Assembly: GCA_030828405.1 (NCBI GenBank)
Contig: JAURCP010000003.1
Location: 73,460-137,459, forward strand
DNA length: 64,000 nucleotides
Direction: 5' to 3'
Source of the DNA: Thermoplasmatota archaeon
GTDB taxonomy: Archaea; Thermoplasmatota; Poseidoniia; Poseidoniales; Thalassarchaeaceae
Below the pieces are notes generated by a model. The model had not been told where the DNA came from. It saw only the letters and a program-made list of their open reading frames with translations, and ran no database searches. Made by a program: the position numbers and the translations under genes. How positions within the stretch are numbered: the stretch's first letter is position 1; the number at the start of each line of letters is the position of its first letter. This document shows positions 48,413 through 58,568 of the stretch, piece after piece.

Positions 48413-48934
48413 TCATGTTTCTAGTTCCCACAGCTCATCGCCGACCCAATGAATAGTCTTAATCGCCTTCCCCTTGGTCATTTTCATCATTTCATTACCG
48501 CTTACAATAGCCATTCCTATTGCGAGTGGTTTGCCATGTTGTTGATCTCTAATCCACATTAAATCACCCGGTTCTATATCTGGATCTGCTAGATGGACCC
48601 CTGCGCCCATACAATCCGCTCCATTCATCAAAAAAGGAATTGCACCATGATCTACTGCTGCCCAACTTTTTTCTATATTCCATGCCAACACTCCTCTGAT
48701 TGTTGGATACCATGATTTTCCTGAATCAGTCTGAATCTGAAATGCCAATGGTACTTTATCGACTAATATCAAATCTCTTTCTTGAAAGTGTCCTCTTTCC
48801 AAGAATAAGTTAGGGAAATTTAGCTCAATACCAATTAAATCAGAAAGTTCTCGCATTTCTTTGCGAATTTGCTTCCACCTTACAGGTGTCCTACGCCGAA
48901 TCCTCTTTTCACTCACAATTGCTTCTGAGGGCAT
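48413..48934 (-). CDS. PUA-domain RNA-binding protein (COG2016 / MCT-1-Tma20-like)
   Basis: C-terminal PUA pattern GAIPFLMNGADCMGAGV...GDLMWIRDQQHGKPLAIGMAI...GKAIKTIHWVGDELW. ATG at 48934; the TTG at 48946 is the alternative. Confidence 0.78.
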   Translation of the reverse strand: MPSEAIVSEKRIRRRTPVRWKQIRKEMRELSDLIGIELNFPNLFLERGHFQERDLILVDKVPLAFQIQTDSGKSWYPTIRGVLAWNIEKSWAAVDHGAIPFLMNGADCMGAGVHLADPDIEPGDLMWIRDQQHGKPLAIGMAIVSGNEMMKMTKGKAIKTIHWVGDELWELET

Positions 48935-49066
48935 AATGTCTATCAATATACTTTATTTAAGTCACATAAATCATATTTTTGACGTGAATTTTGACAGAAT
49001 TTCATAACATACTTGATGTTGTTTAATCCAATCTATTGAAATAAGGGCGGCAAGTCGGCGGCTTGC

Positions 49067-49459
49067 ATGGCAAAGTGGCATGGTATATCTCGACGCAAGG
49101 CAACCGGCGGACGCTTGAAGCGACCAAACCGCTATCGTGGTAAGCGTAGAACAGAGATTTCCAGTGAAGCACAGTATGCTTTCGTAGGGGATGTTGATGC
49201 ATCTAAGAAGTACAGAAAAAATGCAGGTTCGCAGACTGTTAGAGTTACCTCTGCTCACACTGTAAATGTTCATTCAAAAGATGGCAAAACTACTCGTTCA
49301 ACAATTTCAAATGTATTAGAAAACAGCGCAAATCTTAACTTTGTTAGACGTAATATAGTTACAAAGGGAGCAATAATTCAAACTGAACTCGGTAAAGTCA
49401 GAGTAACTAGTAGACCAGGTATGGACGGAGTAGTTTCTGGCGTTCTTATTGAAGAATGA
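49067..49459 (+). CDS. rps8e: 30S ribosomal protein S8e (eS8)
   Basis: MAKWHGISRRKATGGRLKRPNRYRGKRRTE..., NFVRRNIVTKGAII, VRVTSRPGMDGVVSGVLI. Confidence 0.93.
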   Translation: MAKWHGISRRKATGGRLKRPNRYRGKRRTEISSEAQYAFVGDVDASKKYRKNAGSQTVRVTSAHTVNVHSKDGKTTRSTISNVLENSANLNFVRRNIVTKGAIIQTELGKVRVTSRPGMDGVVSGVLIEE

Positions 49460-49508
49460 TTCAGTCGAAGCCCTCAAGTTTGCTGAATAACGCGGAGAGA
49501 GCGGTAGC

Positions 49509-49949
49509 ATGACAGCGGACAAGTCGAAGATGACTCTCTGGACCAGATATTTTGACTCTAAATTATCTCGTTCTGAAGGTCGTCGAGTTCCTAAAGAAGC
49601 TTCAATCCCCAATCCTAGCCTAGACTCAGTTGTTTGGGCTGCAAGAGATTTGGGGCTTTCGAAGATGAAGCGAGATTTAGAGGCAAGCCATCCCTCCCGT
49701 CCACATCTAAATGAAGGTCGACTTATTCTATCGACTAAAGAAGCGATTTCTGTAACTAATGCGGATTCTAAAGAAGGAGTTATGCAGAGTATTGGACTTC
49801 GATTACGTAGACAGTATGTTGAAGCAAAAAATGATGAAACCCCCAATAAGAAACCACAAAAGAAGGGAGATAAACAGGTTCGTTCTCAAAGAAAATCATT
49901 CAAGGGCAAGAATAGTGGCCAAAGGAAAAAGCGTTTTGGCCGTAAATAA
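49509..49949 (+). CDS. srp19: Signal recognition particle protein SRP19, with Lys/Arg-rich C-terminal tail
   Basis: LWTRYFDSKLSRSEGRRVPKEASIPNPSL matches the SRP19 core motif. The tail is ...KKPQKKGDKQVRSQRKSFKGKNSGQRKKRFGRK. Confidence 0.85.
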   Translation: MTADKSKMTLWTRYFDSKLSRSEGRRVPKEASIPNPSLDSVVWAARDLGLSKMKRDLEASHPSRPHLNEGRLILSTKEAISVTNADSKEGVMQSIGLRLRRQYVEAKNDETPNKKPQKKGDKQVRSQRKSFKGKNSGQRKKRFGRK

Positions 49950-50975
49950 TCAAAGTTCAGGGGTCCATCCGAATTTATCTTCAACTCTTCCATTCATTAT
50001 ATCTGTAAGTGCTGTGTATAACTCTTGAGTAATCTCACCAATTCCTCCATCACTGTAATGGGCAACTTCTCCACTATGCTCTATTGATCCAATTGGAGAA
50101 ATCACTGCAGCGGTTCCTGCACAAAAAGCCTCATCTGCAGTCATAGCAAATTTAACATCCACTTTTGTTTCTTGAACTTCATAACCAAGTGACCTTGCTA
50201 ATTCAATCGTAGACATTCTAGTAATTCCAGGTAAAATAGTCCCTGTAAGTTCAGGAGTATAGATTATTTTGTCTTTTACACAAAAGAAATTAGCAGCCCC
50301 TACTTCCTCAATATATCTGTGATTTACTGCATCAAGATAGATGATTTCTGCATATCCTTCTGATTTTGCATTTTTTGATGGCATCATTCCAGGCGCATAG
50401 TTTCCTATTGCTTTCACACCGCCAGAACCGCCAGGCGCCGCTCTATGGTATTCGTCTGAAACTTTCAAAGAAATGGGATTCATACCTCCCTTGAAGTACG
50501 GGCCTACAGGAACTGCGTAAATCAAAAATGTATATTCTGGAGCCGGAGCTACACCTAATATCGCACCACTTCCAAAAATCAGAGGACGGATGTATAACTC
50601 TCCTCTTCCACATGGCGGTAGCCAACGAATATTTTCTTTCACTACTTTCCTTACAGCATCTAGAAACATTTCTTCTGATACAGGTGGCATTCCTAATCTT
50701 CTACATCCGTCAGCAGATCTTCTTGCATTAAATTCTGGGCGGAACAGTAGAACTCGGCCATCTTCAGATCTTCTTGCTTTCATTCCTTCAAACAAACCTT
50801 GCCCATAATTGATAACACCAGAAGCAGGCGAGATTCTCAAATCTTGATAATCTTGCATGATGCCATCCTCCCATTCACCACCTTGTTCACATTTTGAAAT
50901 AAACATCCTATCAGTTTCTGTAAAACTGAAAGTCAAACTATCCCAATCAATACTTGGTTTAGAATCATCTAACAT
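49950..50975 (-). CDS. ilvE: Branched-chain amino acid aminotransferase (class IV)
   Basis: YGQGLFEGMKARR, GELYIRPLIFG, GGVKAIGNYA (PLP Lys), EEVGAANFFCV, GITR. Confidence 0.92.
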   Translation of the reverse strand: MLDDSKPSIDWDSLTFSFTETDRMFISKCEQGGEWEDGIMQDYQDLRISPASGVINYGQGLFEGMKARRSEDGRVLLFRPEFNARRSADGCRRLGMPPVSEEMFLDAVRKVVKENIRWLPPCGRGELYIRPLIFGSGAILGVAPAPEYTFLIYAVPVGPYFKGGMNPISLKVSDEYHRAAPGGSGGVKAIGNYAPGMMPSKNAKSEGYAEIIYLDAVNHRYIEEVGAANFFCVKDKIIYTPELTGTILPGITRMSTIELARSLGYEVQETKVDVKFAMTADEAFCAGTAAVISPIGSIEHSGEVAHYSDGGIGEITQELYTALTDIMNGRVEDKFGWTPEL

Positions 50976-51071
50976 ACCAACGCCCTCAGTTAAATGTCTA
51001 GGGAGAGGGGACGGCTTTCAACGGTTGTGTTCAATCAAACTCAAAAATAGTATACATGAACTTCACAAAGG

Positions 51072-53750
51072 TTGGTATGCAAGCACTTAATCTCAGGCTT
51101 GGGTGTAACATTGGAATGGAGTGAAGAAGCCTGTATTATCTCGGGAGATAATCGTGCTCTACCTGGAAATGTTGGTAAAACTGCAATTGAATTATGGTGC
51201 CGATCAAAGTCAGGTCATTCAGTATTATTACTGGTTAATGGGCTTAATCCATATCTTGAAATTTCAGACCCAAGTACAAATTCTAACTCTAAGTATCCTA
51301 GTTTATCTTTAGAATCGGTTTCGGATGATTGGAGAGTTGTTGGTTCACCTCTACCCCTTGGGAATAAATTGTATGAAGGAAATGAAAGGCCGCACTGGAG
51401 AGTTTTTGTTAAGGATACTACAATCGTTAGAAAGTTGCGAAGTGAATTGTCGACACAGGGTTGGGACGTTACAAGTTCGGATATTTTATTAGTTCATAGA
51501 TTACTAATGGATTGTGATTTAGGTCCTCATATATCGTTTTCCGGGGAAGTTCTTTGGGTGGGGGAACGCGGACCAGAAGAAATCTCTAGGATTCAAGATG
51601 CAGATTCAGCATCTGAGAGAATCAAGGAACTCGGAGGAGCTGGATTATATCCTGTTGATCTAATAGTATCTTGCAATGTGTCGGATCTGAAACGTGTCGA
51701 ACCATTCCCTACACCTTTTGTAACCTTTTCTTATGATTTAGAAACCAGTGTTAAGCATAATACAATTCTTTGTGCTGCTGCTGTAATTGATAGAAGTGGT
51801 GAGAGAACAACTCATGAATTTATAGGTTCAGAAAAAGAAATCATGGAGGGCCTTACAAGATTAGTTAGGGACGAAGATCCAGATTTTATTACTGGATATA
51901 ATATTGATAATTTTGATCTTCCCAGAACATTGGAGAGGTCTGAAGAAAATAGCAATTCATTTTCAGAACAATCATCTATGTTTGGATGGGGAAGAGTCCC
52001 TTTGACAAATAAAGAAATAGGTGCCAAAACAATAGGCCGTGTATTCCCAAAACGTCAACAGAATCGAGTTTGGAGAATTTCTGGACGAATTCCTCTGGAT
52101 GCTTGGTGGCAGGCAAGACAGACTCTTAGTCCGCAAAGAGAATCTCTCAGATATGTTTCTAATCTTCTATGGCCAGAACAGGATGACAAGCAGAAATTAG
52201 ATGTTGATGCAAGCCAAATGGATATGGAATGGGCCAACCGTCCGGAAGAAGTTATGGAGTATTGTGTAAGAGATACAATTTTACCCTTGGATATTCTCGA
52301 AAAATTGAAATCAATCCCACGAAAAGAAGCATTAGCATCGGTGTCTTCTACTACTGTAGAAACAGCATCTGCAGGTACAACCAGTCAATGGATAGATTCT
52401 CTTGTTGTAAGATTAGCAGATAGAAATGGTGTTGCCATCCCGATGACAAATAGAACTACTGGTAGGAGAGAGCAGATAGCAGGAGGTTATGTTCACGAGG
52501 TAGAACCAGGGGTGAAAAATTGGGTGGCTGTACTTGATTTCAAATCCATGTATCCTTCGATAATGATATCAAACAATATCTGCTCAACAACATTAATTCG
52601 AGATTCAACTACAGACCCATCACATTTTATTTCTCCAATAACTAATACTAGATACTTATCGAAAGATGAACGAATAGGACTTGTTCCATTATTATTACAA
52701 AATTTAATGGATAGTCGAGATAAATACAAGAAAGCATATTCACAAGCTCTTGAGAATGGAGATGAAGACGAAGCATTCCTAAACGATCAATTGCAATATG
52801 CTGTTAAAATCCTGATGAATTCTTTCTATGGAGTATTTGCTTCTAGTTTTTATCGTTTCACCCATGAGAAGTTAGGAGCTAGTATAACCGAATGGGCTAG
52901 ATATAATATTACAGAAATCATTTCTAATCTGGAGAAGGATGGTTACGATGTGGTATACTCTGATACTGATTCAATATTTGTCTGTACTATGAGTGAAGAT
53001 AATACTCCTGCTAAGAAACCAGATTCAGGCAGTGAACTATTGGCTTGGGAATCTGCAAAAGAAGAGACTATCAAACTTGGAGAGCAATTAGCAAGTCAAT
53101 TTACCAAAGAAGGAGCAGAGTTGGAATTTGAAACAGCACTCTCCGCCTTTTTCTCTCACGGTGCTAAGAAAAGATATGTTGGTAGAGTAATTTGGCCTCG
53201 TGAAGAATTATTAATACGAGGTTATGAAGTCAGGCGAACAGATTCTTTTGGTATACTTAGTACAACAATGACTGAAATGTTTGAATTAATCCTTGAGGGA
53301 GATGAAGAAGGCGCGATTGATCTTGCTAAATCGGTAATTACTGAAGTTCAACAAGGAAAAATACCTCCATCAGATCTAATTGTTAGTCGTTCATGTAAGG
53401 GGACTTGGGACAAAAGATATGGTAAATGGGTTTTCGATAAAATCTATGCGAACCCAGATAGTTTACCATATGTCAGAGCAGCAAAAGAAAGGATAAGTAG
53501 AGGTTTACAATTTACTCCTGGTATGAAAGTTGGATATATTATCACTAATTCTAAGTCAAGTCCGATGGAAGTAAAGGCTTGGTTAGTCGATGAAATAGGT
53601 GGAGAACCCCCTAGCCCTGATCCTCAATACTACGTTAATAGATTGGCAAAATCCCTAGGAAGAATTACTTCTGCTTTGAATTTTGATGAGTCTAAACTGA
53701 AAGATTATGCCAAGAATCCCTCCACACAGAAGTCATTATTTGACTTCTAG
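51072..53750 (+). CDS. polB: DNA polymerase, family B
   Basis: Exo I FSYDLET, Exo II NIDNFDLP, Pol motifs DFKSMYPSIM, KILMNSFYGV, YSDTDSIFV, KKRY. No in-frame ATG near the 5' end: TTG at 51072 comes after the in-frame TGA at 51057-51059, with TTGs at 51096 and 51111 as alternatives. Confidence 0.93.
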   Translation: MVCKHLISGLGVTLEWSEEACIISGDNRALPGNVGKTAIELWCRSKSGHSVLLLVNGLNPYLEISDPSTNSNSKYPSLSLESVSDDWRVVGSPLPLGNKLYEGNERPHWRVFVKDTTIVRKLRSELSTQGWDVTSSDILLVHRLLMDCDLGPHISFSGEVLWVGERGPEEISRIQDADSASERIKELGGAGLYPVDLIVSCNVSDLKRVEPFPTPFVTFSYDLETSVKHNTILCAAAVIDRSGERTTHEFIGSEKEIMEGLTRLVRDEDPDFITGYNIDNFDLPRTLERSEENSNSFSEQSSMFGWGRVPLTNKEIGAKTIGRVFPKRQQNRVWRISGRIPLDAWWQARQTLSPQRESLRYVSNLLWPEQDDKQKLDVDASQMDMEWANRPEEVMEYCVRDTILPLDILEKLKSIPRKEALASVSSTTVETASAGTTSQWIDSLVVRLADRNGVAIPMTNRTTGRREQIAGGYVHEVEPGVKNWVAVLDFKSMYPSIMISNNICSTTLIRDSTTDPSHFISPITNTRYLSKDERIGLVPLLLQNLMDSRDKYKKAYSQALENGDEDEAFLNDQLQYAVKILMNSFYGVFASSFYRFTHEKLGASITEWARYNITEIISNLEKDGYDVVYSDTDSIFVCTMSEDNTPAKKPDSGSELLAWESAKEETIKLGEQLASQFTKEGAELEFETALSAFFSHGAKKRYVGRVIWPREELLIRGYEVRRTDSFGILSTTMTEMFELILEGDEEGAIDLAKSVITEVQQGKIPPSDLIVSRSCKGTWDKRYGKWVFDKIYANPDSLPYVRAAKERISRGLQFTPGMKVGYIITNSKSSPMEVKAWLVDEIGGEPPSPDPQYYVNRLAKSLGRITSALNFDESKLKDYAKNPSTQKSLFDF

Positions 53751-53802
53751 TCGTTATTACGGGAAGCCGTAGGATTGATGAGATATCGATACTACGGACC
53801 TT

Positions 53803-55011
53803 ATGATGGCACGCCTCCGTGGACTTGCATTTTTGTTGGTTTTATTGATGATTAGTACCCCTCTAGCTGGTTGTTTAGACTCTTTTAGCGGCAATAATGC
53901 CCCTACTTCGACCTTTTCAATGACTCCAGATTCTAATGTTAGATCAGGTGATGAGATAACATTCAATGCCGCGGGTTCGTCAGATCCAGATGGTGACTCA
54001 CTAACATTTACTTGGAATTTTGGTGATGGAAATACTGGTTCTGGATTGACTACAACTCATTCTTATGTTCAAGATGGAGAATATACGGTAAGATTGACTG
54101 TCAGTGATGGTTCATTAGAAACTACAACAAAAAAGACATTGAATATCATTGATCCCTCTGCTAGAGAACCACAAGCTAAGATTACAGATGATAAGGATGA
54201 CGATTGTGAAGGAGAATCAGCTCCAGCAGGAAGTTTTGTTTTAGTTTGGGTTTGTGAAGAGGATAAAGAAATAAGTGATAGAGAAGTTGAATTTACAACA
54301 AAAATTAACTTGGACGCCTCTGATTCATGGGCGGGTTGTGACCCTGATGATTCTGATTGTTACGCAGAAGAATACATCGTTGAATGGAATTGGGATTTAG
54401 ATACGAGTTATGATTCTGATAATGATGGTAACTCAGAGAATGATATTGATGCTACTGGTGAATCTATCGAATGGGAGACTCTTCCATCTACAGGTGATGC
54501 AATTACAGCAGGTGCTTGGGAAATTAGTTTGACAGTTGTAGATAACAATGGATTGTCGTCATCTGATGAAACCAAGGTCTATGTGAGTTATCGTGGTGTT
54601 TGGTCTGATTTTGAGATAGATCGTCGTTTGGGTAATGACCCAATCATTATTTCATGGGAATACCCTCTAACATACGATTCAGATACGACCGACAAGATTC
54701 GTTATCTGAGAGTTAAGTTGATCTATCCTAAAGAGGATGATGGCGCTGGTGGAATAACTGTAGATTCGGAAAATATACTTGACATCTATGTTTACAACTC
54801 AACTGATGATGAAGTAGCCAACACAACCGCAATCGGCCCCGATAACAGAGATGCAGGTGATTGTGATTCAGATGACCATTGTGTGTGGATGGTAATTAGT
54901 GGCTCTACAGTTAGGGGAAAATTACCCGGTCAATGGACTGCAGATATACAAAATGAGAAAACTCATAACACAGAGATAAAACATTTCATTATTGAACTCG
55001 AATATCGATGA
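53803..55011 (+). CDS. Secreted PKD-domain protein with lipobox-like signal peptide
   Basis: [24 protein letters not shown] (LAGC). PKD domain [53 protein letters not shown] second Ig-like region has [13 protein letters not shown]. Confidence 0.85.
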   Translation: MMARLRGLAFLLVLLMISTPLAGCLDSFSGNNAPTSTFSMTPDSNVRSGDEITFNAAGSSDPDGDSLTFTWNFGDGNTGSGLTTTHSYVQDGEYTVRLTVSDGSLETTTKKTLNIIDPSAREPQAKITDDKDDDCEGESAPAGSFVLVWVCEEDKEISDREVEFTTKINLDASDSWAGCDPDDSDCYAEEYIVEWNWDLDTSYDSDNDGNSENDIDATGESIEWETLPSTGDAITAGAWEISLTVVDNNGLSSSDETKVYVSYRGVWSDFEIDRRLGNDPIIISWEYPLTYDSDTTDKIRYLRVKLIYPKEDDGAGGITVDSENILDIYVYNSTDDEVANTTAIGPDNRDAGDCDSDDHCVWMVISGSTVRGKLPGQWTADIQNEKTHNTEIKHFIIELEYR

Positions 55012-55117
55012 ACTGCGACGCTGTTTATACTGTTAATAGGACAGAACAATATATTCTTTCTGATGAATGGATTCAAATATGCCTCTACGGTCGGCGGGCT
55101 ACTTAGAGGTGTATCAT

Positions 55118-56404
55118 ATGGGTTCACAATGGGAAGATAAAAGCAAACCGCACTTGAATATTGTATTTGTTGGTCACGTTGACCACGGAAAATCGACAAC
55201 AGTTGGAAGACTACTATTAGATAGTGGTCATATCGAACAACACGTTATCGATAAGAATGAAAAACTTGCATCAGAGCAAGGTAAGGCTGGTTTCGGTCTT
55301 GCTTACGTTATGGATGGTTTGAAGGAAGAGCGTGAGCGTGGAATTACTATCGACGTCGCTCACAAAGAGTTCTACACTCCAAATTATTACTTCACTGTAA
55401 TTGACGCGCCTGGTCACCGTGATTTCGTAAAGAACATGATCACTGGAACAAGTCAAGCAGATGCAGCAGTTCTTTGTGTTGCAGCTAATGACGGTGTTAA
55501 CGCACAAACTAAGGAACACGCTTTCTTAGCACGTGTTTTGGGTGTCAAACAATTAATTGTTAACATCAACAAGATGGATATTAGTGGTGTTGATTACTCA
55601 GAAGATAAGTACAACTCAGTTAAAACTGAAGTTTCAAATCTATTGAAGATGGCTGGATTTAACCCAGCTGACGTTCCAATGATTGCAGGTTCATCTTTCT
55701 ACGGAGAGAACATCTACAACAAGAGCGAGAACATGGGATGGTACAAGGGACCTACTCTATTCGAAGCAATTGATAAGATTCAGATGCCTCCAAAACCAAC
55801 AGACCGTCCACTAAGACTTCCAATTCAGGATGTTTACAAAATCAGTGGTATTGGAACTGTTCCAGTAGGAAAGATCGAGACTGGTGTTCTAAACTCAGGT
55901 AAGACTGTTGTTTTCAACCCAAGTCAGAAATCTGCTGAAGTTAAGTCAATCGAGATGCACCACACAGTTCACGCTAAGGCTGAGCCTGGTGACAACGTTG
56001 GATTCAACGTACGTGGACTAGCTGCTACAGATATCCGTCGTGGTGACGTTGCTGGTTACCCAGAGAGCGCACCTAACTTCGTACGTCATGACGAAACATT
56101 CGTTGGACAGATTCAATTAATGGATATTCCAAAGGCTATCGGCGCAGGATACACACCAGTATTCCACTGCCACACCAGCCAAGTAGCTGTTCGATTCGTT
56201 GAGCTTCTTGAGAACTCCAAGACAAAGGAAGCAAACCCTCCGTTCCTAAAGACAGGAGATGCAGCATTAATTCGTTTCGGACCTACCAAGCCAATGGCAA
56301 TCGAGCAGATGGATGCATTCCCTGAACTTGCAAGATTCGCTATTCGTGACATGGGTAAGACCGTGGCTGCTGGCGTTTGCATGAAGATCGAGAAGAAAGC
56401 TTAG
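55118..56404 (+). CDS. tuf: Translation elongation factor EF-1 alpha
   Basis: [33 protein letters not shown]. The ATG at 55118 is preceded by GAGGTG; the ORF-track start at 55067 adds 17 non-homologous residues. Confidence 0.96.
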   Translation: MGSQWEDKSKPHLNIVFVGHVDHGKSTTVGRLLLDSGHIEQHVIDKNEKLASEQGKAGFGLAYVMDGLKEERERGITIDVAHKEFYTPNYYFTVIDAPGHRDFVKNMITGTSQADAAVLCVAANDGVNAQTKEHAFLARVLGVKQLIVNINKMDISGVDYSEDKYNSVKTEVSNLLKMAGFNPADVPMIAGSSFYGENIYNKSENMGWYKGPTLFEAIDKIQMPPKPTDRPLRLPIQDVYKISGIGTVPVGKIETGVLNSGKTVVFNPSQKSAEVKSIEMHHTVHAKAEPGDNVGFNVRGLAATDIRRGDVAGYPESAPNFVRHDETFVGQIQLMDIPKAIGAGYTPVFHCHTSQVAVRFVELLENSKTKEANPPFLKTGDAALIRFGPTKPMAIEQMDAFPELARFAIRDMGKTVAAGVCMKIEKKA

Positions 56405-56433
56405 ATTTGTAGAAAGATTGGTGAGTGAATTAA

Positions 56434-56763
56434 ATGCCAGTCGTTACTACTATCAAGTTAACCGGTGATAATCACAAAGATGTAGACATGGTATGTGCTA
56501 CAATTAAGGCAATTTCAGATAAATCTGGTGTTGCACTACGTGGACCTATACCTCTACCTACTAAGAAATTAGTAGTTCCTTGCAGAAAAGCTCCTGATGG
56601 AGAAGGTGCAGAGACTTGGGATCACTGGGAAATGCGTTTCCACAAGCGTCTTCTTGAACTTGTAACTAACAGTTCAAAGGATGAGAAGGCATTGAAAGCA
56701 ATAATGATGATTGAATATCCTGATTCAGTCACTATCGAGCTTTCACTAAGAAATCTTGGATAA
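56434..56763 (+). CDS. rps10: 30S ribosomal protein S10 (uS10)
   Basis: ALRGPIPLPTKKLVVPCRKAPDGEGAETWDHWEMRFHKRLLEL. Archaeal EF-1alpha-S10 gene order. Confidence 0.93.
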   Translation: MPVVTTIKLTGDNHKDVDMVCATIKAISDKSGVALRGPIPLPTKKLVVPCRKAPDGEGAETWDHWEMRFHKRLLELVTNSSKDEKALKAIMMIEYPDSVTIELSLRNLG

Positions 56764-56774
56764 GGTTTCATAAT

Positions 56775-56790
56775 CTCTTTAAAGAGTTTT
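56775..56790. terminator. Palindrome CTCTTTAAAGAG followed by TTTT in the 29-nt spacer between convergent genes
   Basis: Read directly. It lies immediately after the rps10 stop and before the stop of the minus-strand ORF at 56793. Confidence 0.35.
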
Positions 56791-56792
56791 AA

Positions 56793-57068
56793 TCAGCAAA
56801 TTGCGATATGCATTTTCTCACCTTGATGCCCCCAAAACATCTCTCCAGGTTTTTCAAAATCGAAATATTTAGTGATAAAAAAATAATCCCATTTTGGATG
56901 TTTTTCATCAAATTGGATAATAATTTTGTTAGTACCCCATCTTTCAAGAATAAAGCACTGAGCTTTGTATCCATCTACAGAGATATTTAGCTTACCATAA
57001 TCTTCACCATTAAAGGGTGCAATCGGTATTTTTTCTTCAGTCAACAGTTTTTGTGTAATTTTGGTCAT
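56793..57068 (-). CDS. Hypothetical protein (91 aa)
   Basis: The only substantial ORF in this interval. Soluble, beta-rich composition. No family recognised. Confidence 0.45.
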   Translation of the reverse strand: MTKITQKLLTEEKIPIAPFNGEDYGKLNISVDGYKAQCFILERWGTNKIIIQFDEKHPKWDYFFITKYFDFEKPGEMFWGHQGEKMHIAIC

Positions 57069-57167
57069 ATCTTTCCTCCATTAACATGAGAAAAGATGTT
57101 TGGTATAAAGACTCTCAGAAATTATCATAAATGATAGAATTTCTATTTTCACAAAAACTCACTAAAT

Positions 57168-58514
57168 TTAAAGTGCCGCTTCATCTCTAGCTAGACTACC
57201 CATTGGGTCCCATGCAGGTAATACTACTGGAGTAGTGCTGAGTCCTTTTTTCATTTTCTCTGTAAGGTAATTTGTAGGTGCTGCAATTTCGAACATGTGT
57301 TCATCATACCATGAATCATTCATTGTATAGAATCCTTCTTCACCACTCTTTTTAGCGCCCCATGAATTCTCCACTCTCCATCTTCTTGGTGCTCCGTCAA
57401 CTACATCAACTCCTGTGAATAACATTGCATGTGTCATCATTGTCTGGCTATATCTCAGACGATTTGCCTTATCCATACCGAATTCTGTACCATATAATTC
57501 TGCAAAGTCAAATAATTTAGCATCCCATAGTCCTCTTTCTCTATGCATCTGTTTACCTACGTCACATCCCATCCAAACTGGTAAGCCATCCTCCAATAGT
57601 TTCTGAGTTATATTCTTCATTTCTTGACTTGGTACATTTAGGTAGACTACTGGAGGGCCTCCAGCAACATTCTGTAGATAGTCTACAGTGTAAGTTTGGT
57701 AGTATTCATTCCTTGGGTCGTTAACAATACAAACATAATCTTCCCAGTCCATTTCCACATACTCTTTAGCAAATTCTTGAGGAGTCATACTTCCCTTTCT
57801 ATGGAATTCTCCATCTTTATCTTCCCATTGCCAATCAAACTCTTTCGGAGGAGTCCCTAAATGGATACATAGAATTTTCCAGATATCTTCCACTCTCTTA
57901 TCTTTGTGAGCCCTGGCATCCTCTACTGATCCACCATTATCTAATATTTCTCGTAGTTCACTCGCTCCACTTCTTAGAATATCTTTCAATATAGCATTCA
58001 TCCATCGGGTACTAGACGAAGAAATACTCTCAGGATAAGCGGTTTTTGGAACTAATCCATGTTTTCTGATTAAGTTCATTGCCATATTCCATTGTCCTCC
58101 ATCTCCAATTGGATCACCTAGTAAGAAACCAATCGTTCTATCGTCTAATGGTCTGTCTGCAGTATCAATAACCGCCTCAAAGAAATGATTACTTCTCTCA
58201 AATTTATCCCAAAAGTGAATATGTGACTGGCTGAATTCGAAGTTTTTTACATTGAGTTTCTTCATTGTTCCAGGTCTGAAAAGATTTAATGTTGCGAATA
58301 ACCAACATCTTCCACTACTTTTCTGATTTGTTACTTTCCAATCATCTAGTTTTATTGAAAAAGATGAATCAATTGCTTGTACTAGATCTCTGTTTAATGC
58401 TACATCAATTAGATTTCCATTAGTAACTGCATTTTGTGCAATCTTCGCTGCGGGGTCATTAGCAAAGTTATTTCTGAATTTTTCTAGTTGTTGATGTGTG
58501 ACTGTTTCTCCCAT
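57168..58514 (-). CDS. pepC: Aminopeptidase C / bleomycin hydrolase (peptidase family C1B)
   Basis: Active-site motif QKSSGRCWLFATLN (Cys), THAMLFTGVD (His), ENSWG (Asn). About 448 aa, typical of PepC. Confidence 0.9.
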   Translation of the reverse strand: MGETVTHQQLEKFRNNFANDPAAKIAQNAVTNGNLIDVALNRDLVQAIDSSFSIKLDDWKVTNQKSSGRCWLFATLNLFRPGTMKKLNVKNFEFSQSHIHFWDKFERSNHFFEAVIDTADRPLDDRTIGFLLGDPIGDGGQWNMAMNLIRKHGLVPKTAYPESISSSSTRWMNAILKDILRSGASELREILDNGGSVEDARAHKDKRVEDIWKILCIHLGTPPKEFDWQWEDKDGEFHRKGSMTPQEFAKEYVEMDWEDYVCIVNDPRNEYYQTYTVDYLQNVAGGPPVVYLNVPSQEMKNITQKLLEDGLPVWMGCDVGKQMHRERGLWDAKLFDFAELYGTEFGMDKANRLRYSQTMMTHAMLFTGVDVVDGAPRRWRVENSWGAKKSGEEGFYTMNDSWYDEHMFEIAAPTNYLTEKMKKGLSTTPVVLPAWDPMGSLARDEAAL

Positions 58515-58568
58515 TGGCTCACCTTCGGTAGACTGTATCGGATAATGACACCTCTAAGTCATTACTTT

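Noticed and set aside
49316-49846. 176-aa minus-strand ORF, plus the 100-aa ORF at 48971-49273
   Set aside because: They are antisense to rps8e and srp19 or span their promoter. Both plus-strand genes have clear family motifs.
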